DNA of 64,000 nt from Thermoplasma sp. GTDB lineage: Archaea; Thermoplasmatota; Thermoplasmata; Thermoplasmatales; Thermoplasmataceae. The notes below the pieces were generated by a model. The model was not told where the DNA came from, did no database searches, and saw only the letters and a list, made by a program, of their open reading frames with translations. Below are positions 48,085 through 57,500 of the stretch, piece after piece (the first letter of the stretch is position 1; every line of letters begins with the position of its first letter). A program made the translations under genes and the position numbers. The DNA is taken from NCBI RefSeq assembly GCF_008709555.1, contig NZ_VYIJ01000007.1, forward strand, positions 411 to 64,410. The letters run 5' to 3'.

Positions 48085-48232
48085 GGCATATGCATCGCAT
48101 CTTAGGATTAAGCAGTATTCATGGTACGACAAAATTGCTACAAATGGCTGCCCGCTCAACAGCGTCATAACCTATATTTTACAGACTTCATGACCACCTA
48201 ACTTTTATATAACGAATTTGGATAGCCTGACT

Positions 48233-48307
48233 GGGCCCGTGGCCTAGCTAGGATAAGGCACCGTCCTTCTAAGTCGGGAATCGTGGGTCCAAATCCCACC
48301 GGGCCCG
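48233..48307 (+). tRNA. tRNA-Arg (anticodon UCU)
   Basis: 75-nt cloverleaf. Acceptor GGGCCCG/CGGGCCC, D arm GCCT/AGGC, anticodon stem CCGTC/GTCGG (one U.U mismatch), loop CTTCTAA, T arm GTGGG-TCCAAAT-CCCAC, discriminator G. Confidence 0.9.
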
Positions 48308-48427
48308 CTTCTTTTCCATTTTATCAACAACATAAGGCTATGATCTGAGCAAACCCTGATCCGTTGCATTTCCAATCCGACAACGCGCAGGCACATGATA
48401 TTAAATCCTAGAAAATATGCCAGAAAC

Positions 48428-48748
48428 ATGCCATACTATGTGATTACGACTTTTGACGATCCGGAAATGGCAAAGAAAATAGGAAGAGAAGCCGTGGAGG
48501 CGAATCTAGCAGCATGCGTCAGCATCATTCCGGCCCTGACGTCCATATACAGGTGGAAGGGAAGCATAGATGAAAACGAGGAGGTCATGTGCCTGTTCAA
48601 GACGGTCGACGAGAAGGTGAGCGATCTTGAGGAGTTCATAAGAAAGGAACATACATATGAAGTACCGGAAATCGTCTCTATGAAAATGGACAGGATCAGC
48701 GAAGATTACAGGGCGTGGCTCGTGGATTCATGCAGGGTAGAAGAATGA
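48428..48748 (+). CDS. cutA: divalent-cation tolerance protein CutA
   Basis: LAACVSIIPALTSIYRWKGSIDENEEVMCLFKT and HTYEVPEI are CutA1 hallmarks. Start at ATG-48428 (MPYYVITT). Confidence 0.85.
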   Translation: MPYYVITTFDDPEMAKKIGREAVEANLAACVSIIPALTSIYRWKGSIDENEEVMCLFKTVDEKVSDLEEFIRKEHTYEVPEIVSMKMDRISEDYRAWLVDSCRVEE

Positions 48749-48756
48749 TCGGCTTC

Positions 48757-49956
48757 TCAGTAAGCCATGGATGAGAAATTCCTCATGAATCTTATCATGA
48801 CCGCGACGGACATCATGCAGATACCCACTGTCATGAATGAATACGTACTGCCTGCAGACTCATAGAGAAAACCACCGGCTATACTCGATACGGCTGTGGC
48901 AGCTATGCCGAATGTGTTGAATGCCCCCTGGATCCTCGCCATCATCTCAACGGGTATTATCCTCATCAGCGAAGTGTTTATTGCAACATTCTCAATGCCC
49001 ATGGCCAGGCCAGCGATGAATGATGGAGGCACAGCTAGGAAACCATTTTTCACGAATGAAATGGAGAAGAATGATGCTCCTATAATGGCGTATACCGCGA
49101 TGCTTATCCTTCCGATATTGCCACTGATCCTCTGTCCCAGCAGGGATCCCACCGCTATTCCAAACACCAGCATTCCGAAGATCATGGACACGTAGATGGC
49201 AGGAAGCCTGAACCCCACCTGTACAAGCGATATGAACATTATGCCGGCCATGCCCAGTATGAAGTTTCCCATAAGGCCTATGATTATGACCTCCCTTATC
49301 CTGCCGTCCCCCATTGCCAGTCTGATCCCGTTCATGATGTACTCCTGAACGGAACCGGATCCACCGTATCTTGCATGTCTTATCGTCAGGAGAGGAAGAA
49401 GCGCCGCCAGAAAGATGAGTGCGAGAACGAGAAATGACCTGATATCGCCGAGCGCTATTATTATTCCTGATATGACGAAGCCAGCCCCCTGTGCCAGCAT
49501 TGTAGCCGAGGACATCTCTGACGATCCCGACTTGTACTGATCCTCTGAGAGGAAGACCTTCATCCATGAGGCCCTCACGGAATCGATGACATCAGAGGTG
49601 AAACCAAGCAGAAACGTGGCGGCAAATATTGAAACCACAACGTAGATACCCTTGCCCGTGTAAATTGCATAGAGTATAAGTACCAGCAGGGCGACCCTGA
49701 TCATGGCCGCGCCAATCGCGATCTCCTTCTTCAGCCATATCCTGTCCACGACCGACCCCACAACGATGCTTAGCATGAGCGGGAAAGTCATCATGCTGTC
49801 TGCAAGGCCAGCAAGGGCAGGGCTGCCAGTGATATGGAGCACCACCCATATGACCACAAGGTTGTAGGCTGATAGCCCGAATCTGGATATGGCCGCATTT
49901 GCCACCGTCATGTGGAAGTTCTGAAGCATACTGTCGTTCCTGTTTTCATTATACAT
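48757..49956 (-). CDS. MFS transporter
   Basis: 399 aa with about 12 hydrophobic helices. No substrate inference. Confidence 0.7.
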   Translation of the reverse strand: MYNENRNDSMLQNFHMTVANAAISRFGLSAYNLVVIWVVLHITGSPALAGLADSMMTFPLMLSIVVGSVVDRIWLKKEIAIGAAMIRVALLVLILYAIYTGKGIYVVVSIFAATFLLGFTSDVIDSVRASWMKVFLSEDQYKSGSSEMSSATMLAQGAGFVISGIIIALGDIRSFLVLALIFLAALLPLLTIRHARYGGSGSVQEYIMNGIRLAMGDGRIREVIIIGLMGNFILGMAGIMFISLVQVGFRLPAIYVSMIFGMLVFGIAVGSLLGQRISGNIGRISIAVYAIIGASFFSISFVKNGFLAVPPSFIAGLAMGIENVAINTSLMRIIPVEMMARIQGAFNTFGIAATAVSSIAGGFLYESAGSTYSFMTVGICMMSVAVMIRFMRNFSSMAY

Positions 49957-50006
49957 ATAAATTGGACTTATACGTAGATTATTATCTTATATAAAAATAT
50001 GCTATC

Positions 50007-50672
50007 ATGGATGGATCTGCCAAGAACATAGACCTGCTCCTGAAGAACTTCTCTAACAGGACCAGGCTAATGATAATAACGCTGATAATAGAAAACGGGC
50101 CAATGACCGTCACGCAGCTGTCCAGGACCATAAAAACAAGCAGGTCAAACCTCTACCAGATAATCAAGGACATGGTTTCTGACGGGGTTGTCATTCAGGT
50201 AAAGACCGAGACCAACAGGAACTATGTCGAGAAGTATTACTACATCAATGAGAATATGTTTGCAAGCGTGAAATCCGAGGATCTAAAGAAAGCGCTGATC
50301 GGGATGGACGATGAGAGCCTTAGGAACCTCATCATATCATTCCTGACCACATCATCAGCCATAATGTCGATAGCAGCAGAGCAGATTGCAATGGCAGGCC
50401 CGGAGGAGATAAAGAGATATCGCGAGGAGATCAACAGCGATCTCATGATCATGTTTTTTTCTTCACTCTCGAGGGAAACAATGGCCAGGTATTCCGAGAT
50501 GCACATGAACTTCATGAAGAGGATCGAGGAAAGCACCGAGAGATCCACAGAGGACCACTTCCTGTACGTCATCGGCTTTCCATCCTTCGCTGGACCCACG
50601 ATGTTAAGCAGGATCCGCAGAAAGGATGGTGATAATGGAAATGACAACGAAAGAGGTGATGATCGATCATGA
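50007..50672 (+). CDS. winged-helix transcriptional regulator (ArsR-like N-terminus)
   Basis: RTRLMIITLIIENGPMTVTQLSRTIKTSRSNLYQIIKDMVSDGVV fits HTH plus wing. The helical C-terminal half is of unknown function. The stop overlaps the UbiD-like start. Confidence 0.6.
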   Translation: MDGSAKNIDLLLKNFSNRTRLMIITLIIENGPMTVTQLSRTIKTSRSNLYQIIKDMVSDGVVIQVKTETNRNYVEKYYYINENMFASVKSEDLKKALIGMDDESLRNLIISFLTTSSAIMSIAAEQIAMAGPEEIKRYREEINSDLMIMFFSSLSRETMARYSEMHMNFMKRIEESTERSTEDHFLYVIGFPSFAGPTMLSRIRRKDGDNGNDNERGDDRS

Positions 50673-52270
50673 AGCTGCCTGGGATAACGCTGAGAGAATT
50701 CCTTGCAGATGAAGAGAAACGCGGAAACGTCATGGTGATCGATGATGAACTTTCCACGGATCTCGAGATCTCCGCAATGGCGTCGTTGATGGAGAGGAGC
50801 GGGAAGATCCTGGGGTTCAACCGCATTATGAACGCTCCCGGATACTCGTTGGTAACGGGACTCTTTTCAACCGAAGAGAGGATGACCAGGATACTCGGAT
50901 CTGAAAATGAGGATGAATTTTACAGGAGGTGGACGGCCATAACCGGAGACGGATCTTCGAACGAGTTGCCCGTTGAAAAAGCAGTTCCAAACGATATGTC
51001 CATAGTTGATCATCCCGACCTCCTGTCCCTGCCGGTTCTTAGGCACTACAGAAACGATGGGAAGAGGACTGGAAACGGCAGGTATATAACAGGAGGCATC
51101 GTCGCTGCGAGGGATCCCTCCGATCCGGAGAGGATGAATCTCAGCTTCACTCGGATACAGGTCATGGCGAAGGGCCGATACGCATTTGATGCAGGGAGCC
51201 ATGGACATCTCTGGTCATACCTGCAGCAGTGCAGGAAGACCGGAACGCCGCTGGAGATGTCTGTGATAATTGGCGCGCCACCCGTCCATTATCTGACGGC
51301 AGCCGCCTTCATGGATGACGAGTACAGGCGAATAGGGAGGCTCTTTAATTTCAGTTATTATGGAGGCTACAGGAACGATGTTCCCGTTCCGGCGGAATCA
51401 GAGATCGTGATAGAGGCCAGGTACCTTCCGGGCGAGGAATATGATGAGGGCCCGTTCGCCGAATACACCGGGTACATGGGATACGATTCGACCAGATCCG
51501 TTGCTGAGGTCAGGAGTATCATAGCAAGGAAAAAGCCGATCTACGTGGATATAATGCCTTCAAATTCCAGGGAGCATATCAACCTGTTTTCCTTCACGCG
51601 GTCCATCAGGGTGAACAGCGTCATCAGGGAGACCAGCCCAAAGGGCCACGATATCAGGATCATATGGCCAAATTTCGGATCCCGTTTTCTCGCGATAGGA
51701 TACATCGATCCCCCGTTCCCGGGCCTGGCGAAGAACGTTGCCATATCAGCCATGGCGAATGATCCCCTCTGGAACAAGGTCGTTATCGTGAATGAGGGAA
51801 AGACCGACCTCAGCATTGAGAGGATGCTGCTGAGCCTTGCCGAGACCAGAAATTTCAGCAGCACACTCACCATCCTGAGAGACCTTTATGTGATAAGCTC
51901 CGATCCGACTGCAAAGGCGGACGGCACAGATTCAAAACTTTTAGCAGTAACCAAAGGATCCAATGGCCCTTTCAGGATAGAGAAGCACCCGGAGAGCGTT
52001 GCAATATACTCGGCCAGAGGAAAGGTTCTCATCTCTCATGGTGAATCCGATGCGGATGTCAACATATTGATACCAGAGGCGATTGAGGCTTCCGATATGG
52101 AGAAGGTTGGGTGGACGCTTGCACTGAACATGGACTGCGATAGGGACCTGCGCATGGACGACGAACATCTCATCATCGACCTCAGGAAGGATCTCCACGA
52201 GATCCCTGAAGAAGACAGAGATGCCACATCCAAGGCCTCCGAAGTTGCAATGAAATACAGGGTCAGTTGA
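50669..52270 (+). CDS. UbiD family (prFMN-dependent) decarboxylase
   Basis: N-terminal LREFLADEEKRGNVMVIDDELSTDLEISAM. The GRYITGGIVAARDPS..MNLSFTRIQV block is typical of UbiD. 533 aa. Confidence 0.8.
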   Translation: MKLPGITLREFLADEEKRGNVMVIDDELSTDLEISAMASLMERSGKILGFNRIMNAPGYSLVTGLFSTEERMTRILGSENEDEFYRRWTAITGDGSSNELPVEKAVPNDMSIVDHPDLLSLPVLRHYRNDGKRTGNGRYITGGIVAARDPSDPERMNLSFTRIQVMAKGRYAFDAGSHGHLWSYLQQCRKTGTPLEMSVIIGAPPVHYLTAAAFMDDEYRRIGRLFNFSYYGGYRNDVPVPAESEIVIEARYLPGEEYDEGPFAEYTGYMGYDSTRSVAEVRSIIARKKPIYVDIMPSNSREHINLFSFTRSIRVNSVIRETSPKGHDIRIIWPNFGSRFLAIGYIDPPFPGLAKNVAISAMANDPLWNKVVIVNEGKTDLSIERMLLSLAETRNFSSTLTILRDLYVISSDPTAKADGTDSKLLAVTKGSNGPFRIEKHPESVAIYSARGKVLISHGESDADVNILIPEAIEASDMEKVGWTLALNMDCDRDLRMDDEHLIIDLRKDLHEIPEEDRDATSKASEVAMKYRVS

Positions 52271-52385
52271 CTTTTCCTGATGTTACATTTATACGGGAAG
52301 CATCCAAGCAGCCACTCAGAAGTGAGCTACTCGTCAGCTGAAGCTATTGAGAATTATATATTCCACCAAACCCCTAACGCTTCCT

Positions 52386-52616
52386 TTAAGAACCACGCAC
52401 ACAGTTATCATCTATAATTATCGTTTTTCTGGCAGTGGTCAATCCTTTGACAATCCTCACGCATCCTTCTCCCACTTTGAAATACCGGCTGATCTGCTTC
52501 AGCACGTCAATATTAGCTCTGCCGTTTTCCCTGGGCTCGTCCGTATATACTATGAGGAATTGCCCATCAGCCTCTATCCTTTCGTGTCCATTTTTGACCT
52601 TTACCATCAATATCAT
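52386..52616 (-). CDS. DUF167 (YggU-like) family protein
   Basis: ENGRANIDVLKQISRYFKV..VRIVKGLTTARK matches the DUF167 core (G.AN..L...L). Start set at ATG-52616 (MILMVKV). Confidence 0.65.
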   Translation of the reverse strand: MILMVKVKNGHERIEADGQFLIVYTDEPRENGRANIDVLKQISRYFKVGEGCVRIVKGLTTARKTIIIDDNCVRGS

Positions 52617-52816
52617 ACGCCCTGCAGAGAAGAAATAGAGAATAAGATAAAACCCTGTGCTCCATGGCATAACGGAGTGGGAGCTTGACATTATCCAGTA
52701 TTTATATTACATGTCATGCGCTGTATCATTGGGTATCAAAATTCAAACAAAAAGTGATTTTGTTTCTATGATATATAATTCAAATAACATACAACTGATG
52801 TATTATGTTATTAACT

Positions 52817-52990
52817 ATGAATCCAAAGAAGGTATTAAATCTACTACGTATTTCCAGAAAGACACTCCATGTATACGCTTCAACGGGGAAGATAAGATTC
52901 ACAGCTATGCCCAATGGTTATTATGATTACAGTGATGAGGATGTTTACAAACCATTGAACAGGGATGTTAAAAGGAAAACAGTTATATAA
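52817..52990 (+). pseudogene. truncated IS607-family OrfA (serine recombinase) N-terminal fragment
   Basis: MNPKKVLNLLRISRKTLHVYASTGKIRFTAMPNGYYDYSDEDVYKPLNRDVKRKTVI* is an HTH plus linker that stops exactly where the catalytic (V)IYARVS motif should begin. Confidence 0.55.
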
Positions 52991-53001
52991 ATGGAACACT
53001 G

Positions 53002-53151
53002 ATACGTGCCGACCTGCAGGCTTCATATAACCTGATAAGAAAGGCAATTCCTGAAGCGTTCGCGGATGGAATAGGAGGTATTGGGTTGTATCCACGAAGT
53101 TTAAGCATCCAGGAATTCCTGGAGATGGCAACTTCCAAAGGTGGTTGTTAA
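53002..53151 (+). pseudogene. TnpB (OrfB) C-terminal fragment
   Basis: IRADLQASYNLIRKAIPEAFADGIGGIGLYPRSLSIQEFLEMATSKGGC* resembles the extreme C-terminus of TnpB/IS1341 OrfB proteins (D.D.NAA.NI.RK...). There is no upstream RuvC or zinc-finger region. Confidence 0.45.
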
Positions 53152-53182
53152 CATGGTTAACAGAAACCATAACCTGGAGACA

Positions 53183-53524
53183 TCAGATATTGAGGCTGTT
53201 CACAACTTGAGATATCGTCTCCCCATCCGCGGCTATCACCCTGATCCCGGCATTGTTGAAATCGGTATATGCCCTTGGACCTATTCTGCTCGCCACTATT
53301 ATATCCGGATGCAGGTCGATGACCTTCTGGTGTATCAATGAGGCTGCCTTCTTCTCCTCCTCGCTTCTCTCCTCAGGATGCGGGCCCTCTCCCGCCACAA
53401 AATCTACACTCGTGATTTTTCGATCTGAAACACTTATCAGCGCAAGATATGGTGCACGGCCAAAATGCGGAGAAACTCTTGAATTCTCTCCGTTCTTCTC
53501 CAGGACCGGTATAAGTATCCTCAT
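53183..53524 (-). CDS. NifB/NifX-like (dinitrogenase FeMo-cofactor-binding fold) domain protein
   Basis: MRILIPV....VSPHFGRAPYLALI and later RIGPRAYTDFNNAGIRV match the Nitro_FeMo-Co family pattern. Start set at ATG-53524. Confidence 0.65.
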   Translation of the reverse strand: MRILIPVLEKNGENSRVSPHFGRAPYLALISVSDRKITSVDFVAGEGPHPEERSEEEKKAASLIHQKVIDLHPDIIVASRIGPRAYTDFNNAGIRVIAADGETISQVVNSLNI

Positions 53525-53583
53525 CTCCATCATAGAGGATATTCTATATGACTTTATGACTTTTTCCCACATTTTTTGCGTCA

Positions 53584-54684
53584 TTGGATGCGGAAGTTAA
53601 AGCTTATGAATCGATCCTGCATTGCAGCGGGATGGCAGGCAATTCTAAACTCAGCCTCTTCGGGTCCGAATGGTTCACCATAACACTGGGAACCTTTGCT
53701 ATCTCGCTGGCCTTCATTCACGTTCATTCCGTGTTCCAATATTCAGAATTGATCTATGCTGGTCAGGCATTCCTTTATCTTGGCGTTATTTTCTTTATCA
53801 TCACTCTTGCGACCTGGATCCTCCGCACCTTCATGAACCCAGGCGTCGTGAAGGAGGACTGGAACAGCCTGAACAGGATAAGCTTCACAACGGTAATACC
53901 ACTTTCCGCATCAGTGATGAATGCAGCCATCATATCGTACTACGGTTATGATTTATCGTACACGCAGCTGTATGTTGCAAACTACTTCACGGATTTCACG
54001 GCCATCCTTTTCCTGAGCTTCTTCCTTGGTTACAAGCTATACACGAAATCGCCAGTGCACACGAACGAGATCTCATACGGGCTTCTCATACCGCCAGTTG
54101 CGCTCTCATCCAACGTGCTCCTTGGTTCCATGATCCTCAGGACGCAGTACTTCGATACCGTTATGTTTTTGACAGTAATGGGCATCGGCATAGCGTTCTT
54201 CCTCTTTCTATTCATAGGCATAATGGCCTTCGCATCTTACATAAGGGACCTGAAAGCAAACGTCCCCTCACCCATGCTGGTTCTGCCCGTGGGAGTAGCC
54301 AGCATAATAGTCATAAACACGCTGGTCATCGCATCCACAAGGTCTGTTTTTCAGATAGCCATGCCTGAAGCCCTTGTGGTATCATTCGCGCTGTGGGCAT
54401 TCGAGCTCTGGAATTTCGTCGTTGCAATGATGATAAGCCTCAAACGCGTTTTCAGGGAGCCAGCAAGCATAAGCATATGGGCATACACGTTCCCTATAGC
54501 CATATTTTCCGTCTCCTCATTCGACCTGAGATCCATAATGGAGAATTACGGGTATGCAGCCGCCTCAAGCATCATCTACTATATCGGGACATTGGCCTGG
54601 GCCATACTTATAATAGCATGGATATACGCGATTGTATCCACCACTGTTTTCCTGTCCCACATTGGAGTGGCGTCGCATCCATGA
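53584..54684 (+). CDS. TDT (TehA/Mae1, C4-dicarboxylate/tellurite-resistance type) family transporter
   Basis: ~10-TM protein. The N-terminal segment SEWFTITLGTFAISLAF resembles the TehA family start. TTG start listed; ATG-53632 is an alternative. Confidence 0.55.
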   Translation: MDAEVKAYESILHCSGMAGNSKLSLFGSEWFTITLGTFAISLAFIHVHSVFQYSELIYAGQAFLYLGVIFFIITLATWILRTFMNPGVVKEDWNSLNRISFTTVIPLSASVMNAAIISYYGYDLSYTQLYVANYFTDFTAILFLSFFLGYKLYTKSPVHTNEISYGLLIPPVALSSNVLLGSMILRTQYFDTVMFLTVMGIGIAFFLFLFIGIMAFASYIRDLKANVPSPMLVLPVGVASIIVINTLVIASTRSVFQIAMPEALVVSFALWAFELWNFVVAMMISLKRVFREPASISIWAYTFPIAIFSVSSFDLRSIMENYGYAAASSIIYYIGTLAWAILIIAWIYAIVSTTVFLSHIGVASHP

Positions 54685-54760
54685 TGGCTTATCCTTGATC
54701 AGTTATTGTGTTCTGAATGCATGCAGTTATGTTTATGTCCAGATTAGGCGTTCTCATTTC

Positions 54761-55387
54761 ATGTCCGAAGATCACATAAAGGACAGAATAAATCGGTATC
54801 CCGAGAGGGCCTCATACGATCCGGATGAACTCAGGGCTATTCTGGACAGGAACTTCGTGTGCACGGTATCGTTCATAGACGATATGGTTCCATATGCAAT
54901 ACCAATGATGCTCGCCAGCGATGGCGATACCATATACCTCCACGGATCAACAAAGAGCAGGCTATACGGAATACTGAAGAGAGGCCAGCTGATCGCCATA
55001 TCGATTCTGGAGATAAAAGGGATCGTACTGGCAAAGGAAATAAAGAACAACTCGGTCAACTATGTCTCAGCGATCATATTCGGAAGGCCCAGCGAGGTGA
55101 ACGACGACGAAAAAAAGCTGTTTGTATTCAAGATTCTGACGGAAAAGATGGTCAGGGGCAGATGGGAAAGATCGATAAAGCCGTCTGAAGCCGATCTTAA
55201 GGATGTCTTCGTCTTCGCAGTGAAGCCTGAAAAATTCTCCATCAAGTCCAGGACTGGGCCTCCACATGATTCATCCAATGAGGATATCTGGTCCGGCGTC
55301 CTGCCTGTCATCCATCTTCTTGGGGATCCCGGCGAAGATGCACCGGAATACGTGAGATCGCTCAATGGGAAAAGGATCTTCGCATGA
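54761..55387 (+). CDS. pyridoxamine 5'-phosphate oxidase-like FMN-binding protein
   Basis: RYPERASYDPDELRAILDRNFVCTVSF..PYAIPMMLASDGDTIYLHGS is the typical Pyridox_ox_2 family N-terminus. Start at ATG-54761 (MSEDHIK). Confidence 0.75.
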   Translation: MSEDHIKDRINRYPERASYDPDELRAILDRNFVCTVSFIDDMVPYAIPMMLASDGDTIYLHGSTKSRLYGILKRGQLIAISILEIKGIVLAKEIKNNSVNYVSAIIFGRPSEVNDDEKKLFVFKILTEKMVRGRWERSIKPSEADLKDVFVFAVKPEKFSIKSRTGPPHDSSNEDIWSGVLPVIHLLGDPGEDAPEYVRSLNGKRIFA

Positions 55388-55390
55388 TGA

Positions 55391-56524
55391 TCAGGCCAGG
55401 CCCGTTCTGTGCTTCCTCATGGCCTGGACGTAGGCCGATGCGACGAAGGCCATTGACCCGGCAACGATGCAGACCACGGCTATACCTGATACCAGCGATG
55501 AGGGGTCTATCAGCGCAGCTATGAAGGGAGAGAAGCCTCCCACAAGCCTTCCGGAGAAGAACACTATGTTCGTGGCCAGAGCCCTGGATCCCGGAGGATA
55601 ATTCTCGCTTACCCATATGCCGCTGAACGAGAAGAACCCGGATGATGCATACACAAGGCCAAGTATGAAAAGGAAGTAGCGCCCAACCCCGGTGAAGAAC
55701 AGGGCCAGGCCAAACGCCACTCCTGCACCGGTGAATGCCATGGCAACGTATCCACGCCTGTACCTGTCTGAAAGGTAACCGGCGATCACAAAGCCTCCAA
55801 ATCCAACCAACGACAGCACCGTCACGTAAATGGGATCCATGTGCAGTCCAGATAGGACACTGGGCACATCAGCCATCAGCGGCACACTGAACATGAAAGC
55901 ACCTATCACGATTATTGAGAATGCTATGGTGTAACGCAAAAAGTTCGGATCCCTCTCGGCCTTCATGGCGAAACGGCTGCCGCCGGTCTCGATTATCAAG
56001 GATGAGGCCGGGACGGAGAAAAGCAACGAGATCAGGCCAGCAGCTATAAGGTAAGTACGCCAGTAGTGGAAGAAGACGAAGAGAACAGAATCAAGCATGA
56101 ACCCGAGAAAGTAGAGGCTCTGCATCGTTCCGCCAATGGTGCCAGACGAACGCCTCAGCGTCTCGACGATAACCGGGTACGAGACCCCATTCTGCGCGTT
56201 CACTCCGAAACCTATGAGGAACCAGAGGGCGTATATCATGTATATGGACGTTGAGAAAGCGGCCAGCAGCGTGAATATTCCGAACATTGCAGATGATATG
56301 ATCATGACTGCTTTACGCCCGCTCCTGTCCGCCAGGTATCCCATTATGATGCCGCCCATCGCACCTCCGATGAAATCTATCGGAATGGCAAGCAGGACGG
56401 CGGATATTGGAACTCTGAATTGTGCTGAGATCTGGGGGACGATCATCGATATCGAGAACACGGAAAAGGCGGAGAGCAGGAAAGGGATCATAACGCCGGG
56501 CATATTCCGGATATGATCTGCCAT
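55391..56524 (-). CDS. MFS transporter
   Basis: 377 aa, motif GYLADRSGRK after TM2, about 12 helices. Confidence 0.8.
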   Translation of the reverse strand: MADHIRNMPGVMIPFLLSAFSVFSISMIVPQISAQFRVPISAVLLAIPIDFIGGAMGGIIMGYLADRSGRKAVMIISSAMFGIFTLLAAFSTSIYMIYALWFLIGFGVNAQNGVSYPVIVETLRRSSGTIGGTMQSLYFLGFMLDSVLFVFFHYWRTYLIAAGLISLLFSVPASSLIIETGGSRFAMKAERDPNFLRYTIAFSIIVIGAFMFSVPLMADVPSVLSGLHMDPIYVTVLSLVGFGGFVIAGYLSDRYRRGYVAMAFTGAGVAFGLALFFTGVGRYFLFILGLVYASSGFFSFSGIWVSENYPPGSRALATNIVFFSGRLVGGFSPFIAALIDPSSLVSGIAVVCIVAGSMAFVASAYVQAMRKHRTGLA

Positions 56525-56591
56525 GCATCGCTATTCATCGATCAAAAATAAATGTAACCGTGCTGAGATACGCACATCCATATTTTAAGCG

Positions 56592-56864
56592 TCAGTAAAC
56601 GTCTGAAATGTGCCTCACATCAACCATGGCAACATCGTACACGTCATCGCACACGTTGAGCTTGAACCTTATGAATGTGCGCTCTACCGGCTTACCGTTC
56701 TCTGTAGATCCTATACGGACCATCTCGCTCATGTTGGCGTATATCAGATCGCCGTTGTCCAGCCTTATCCTCCTGATCAGGTTCACGTCCAGCTTCGGCA
56801 CATACGATGTCCTGGTCAGACATCCATTCCACTTCATATAAAAGTCATCGGAATTCATCTCCAT
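56592..56864 (-). CDS. hypothetical protein (90 aa)
   Basis: The listed 165-aa ORF is trimmed to ATG-56864 (MEMNSDDFYMKWNG). The upstream part is low-complexity, overlaps an AT-rich promoter-like stretch and runs antisense to the DUF309 gene start. No family recognised. Confidence 0.4.
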   Translation of the reverse strand: MEMNSDDFYMKWNGCLTRTSYVPKLDVNLIRRIRLDNGDLIYANMSEMVRIGSTENGKPVERTFIRFKLNVCDDVYDVAMVDVRHISDVY

Positions 56865-57014
56865 CGCCCCATAATATTGGTATAATTGTATAAAGCATGT
56901 AAAAAGATAAACTATTCGATCCGCATGCCAGAACCGTAAATTCCTGAACGGATTTTTGCGAAAAATGATGCCATGTGACGCCATGCCTAAATATGCGTAA
57001 ATACTCAGCGACCT

Positions 57015-57500
57015 ATGAGGATCAGATGCATCCTGTTCTGCCATGGAGGCGAAATACCAAATGTGGACGGTGCCATAGTCAGGAGGCACTTGGATTCTTT
57101 TGAATCATCCTTCTTCATCGATGACGGGAAAGTCGCGGATATTCTCAGCGAGAGCTGCCCATACGCCGTCATCCTGTGCCATAACTGCAGCGAAACTCTG
57201 CCTCCTGATCCGAATGTTGCCTTCAGGAATGCACGTCATCTGGTCTTGGAGGAACGGTTTTGGGAAGCGCATGAAGCACTTGAGGATGCATGGCACGTTT
57301 CTTCCGGCAGAAAGAAAGATCTGATACAGGCACTGATCTGGATCATAGCTGCGCAGGTACACTGGCAGATGGGCCATCCGGATACGGCCATGGCCATGCA
57401 TGATCGAGGATCATCGATCCTCGGATCGGAAATCAAGTTTCATTATCCTATCTCCGCTGAGGAATTTGACATGATCCTGAAGCACATTCAGGCTGTCTGA
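57015..57500 (+). CDS. DUF309 domain protein
   Basis: FRNARHLVLEERFWEAHEALEDAWH....LIQALIWIIAAQVHWQMG matches the DUF309 helical repeat signature (F.EAHE.LE..W). Confidence 0.6.
   Translation: MRIRCILFCHGGEIPNVDGAIVRRHLDSFESSFFIDDGKVADILSESCPYAVILCHNCSETLPPDPNVAFRNARHLVLEERFWEAHEALEDAWHVSSGRKKDLIQALIWIIAAQVHWQMGHPDTAMAMHDRGSSILGSEIKFHYPISAEEFDMILKHIQAV

Larger units (their letters stand above)
52692..53182 (+). mobile_element. internally deleted IS607/IS1341-type element remnant (orfA 5' end fused to tnpB 3' end)
   Basis: AT-rich block between two unrelated genes. It holds the first ~58 codons of a MerR-HTH serine recombinase (orfA), joined within ~15 nt to the last ~45 codons of a TnpB-like ORF, and ends in a hairpin. 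Boundaries are approximate. Confidence 0.55.

Noticed and set aside
48244-48429. 61-aa ORF on the minus strand
   Set aside because: It lies antisense across tRNA-Arg (48233-48307) and the cutA promoter, with no support.
52880-53170. 96-aa minus-strand ORF, plus 52657-52926(+) and 53141-53341(+), in the AT-rich block
   Set aside because: The plus-strand OrfA and TnpB fragments explain the region better, and these ORFs have no motif support.
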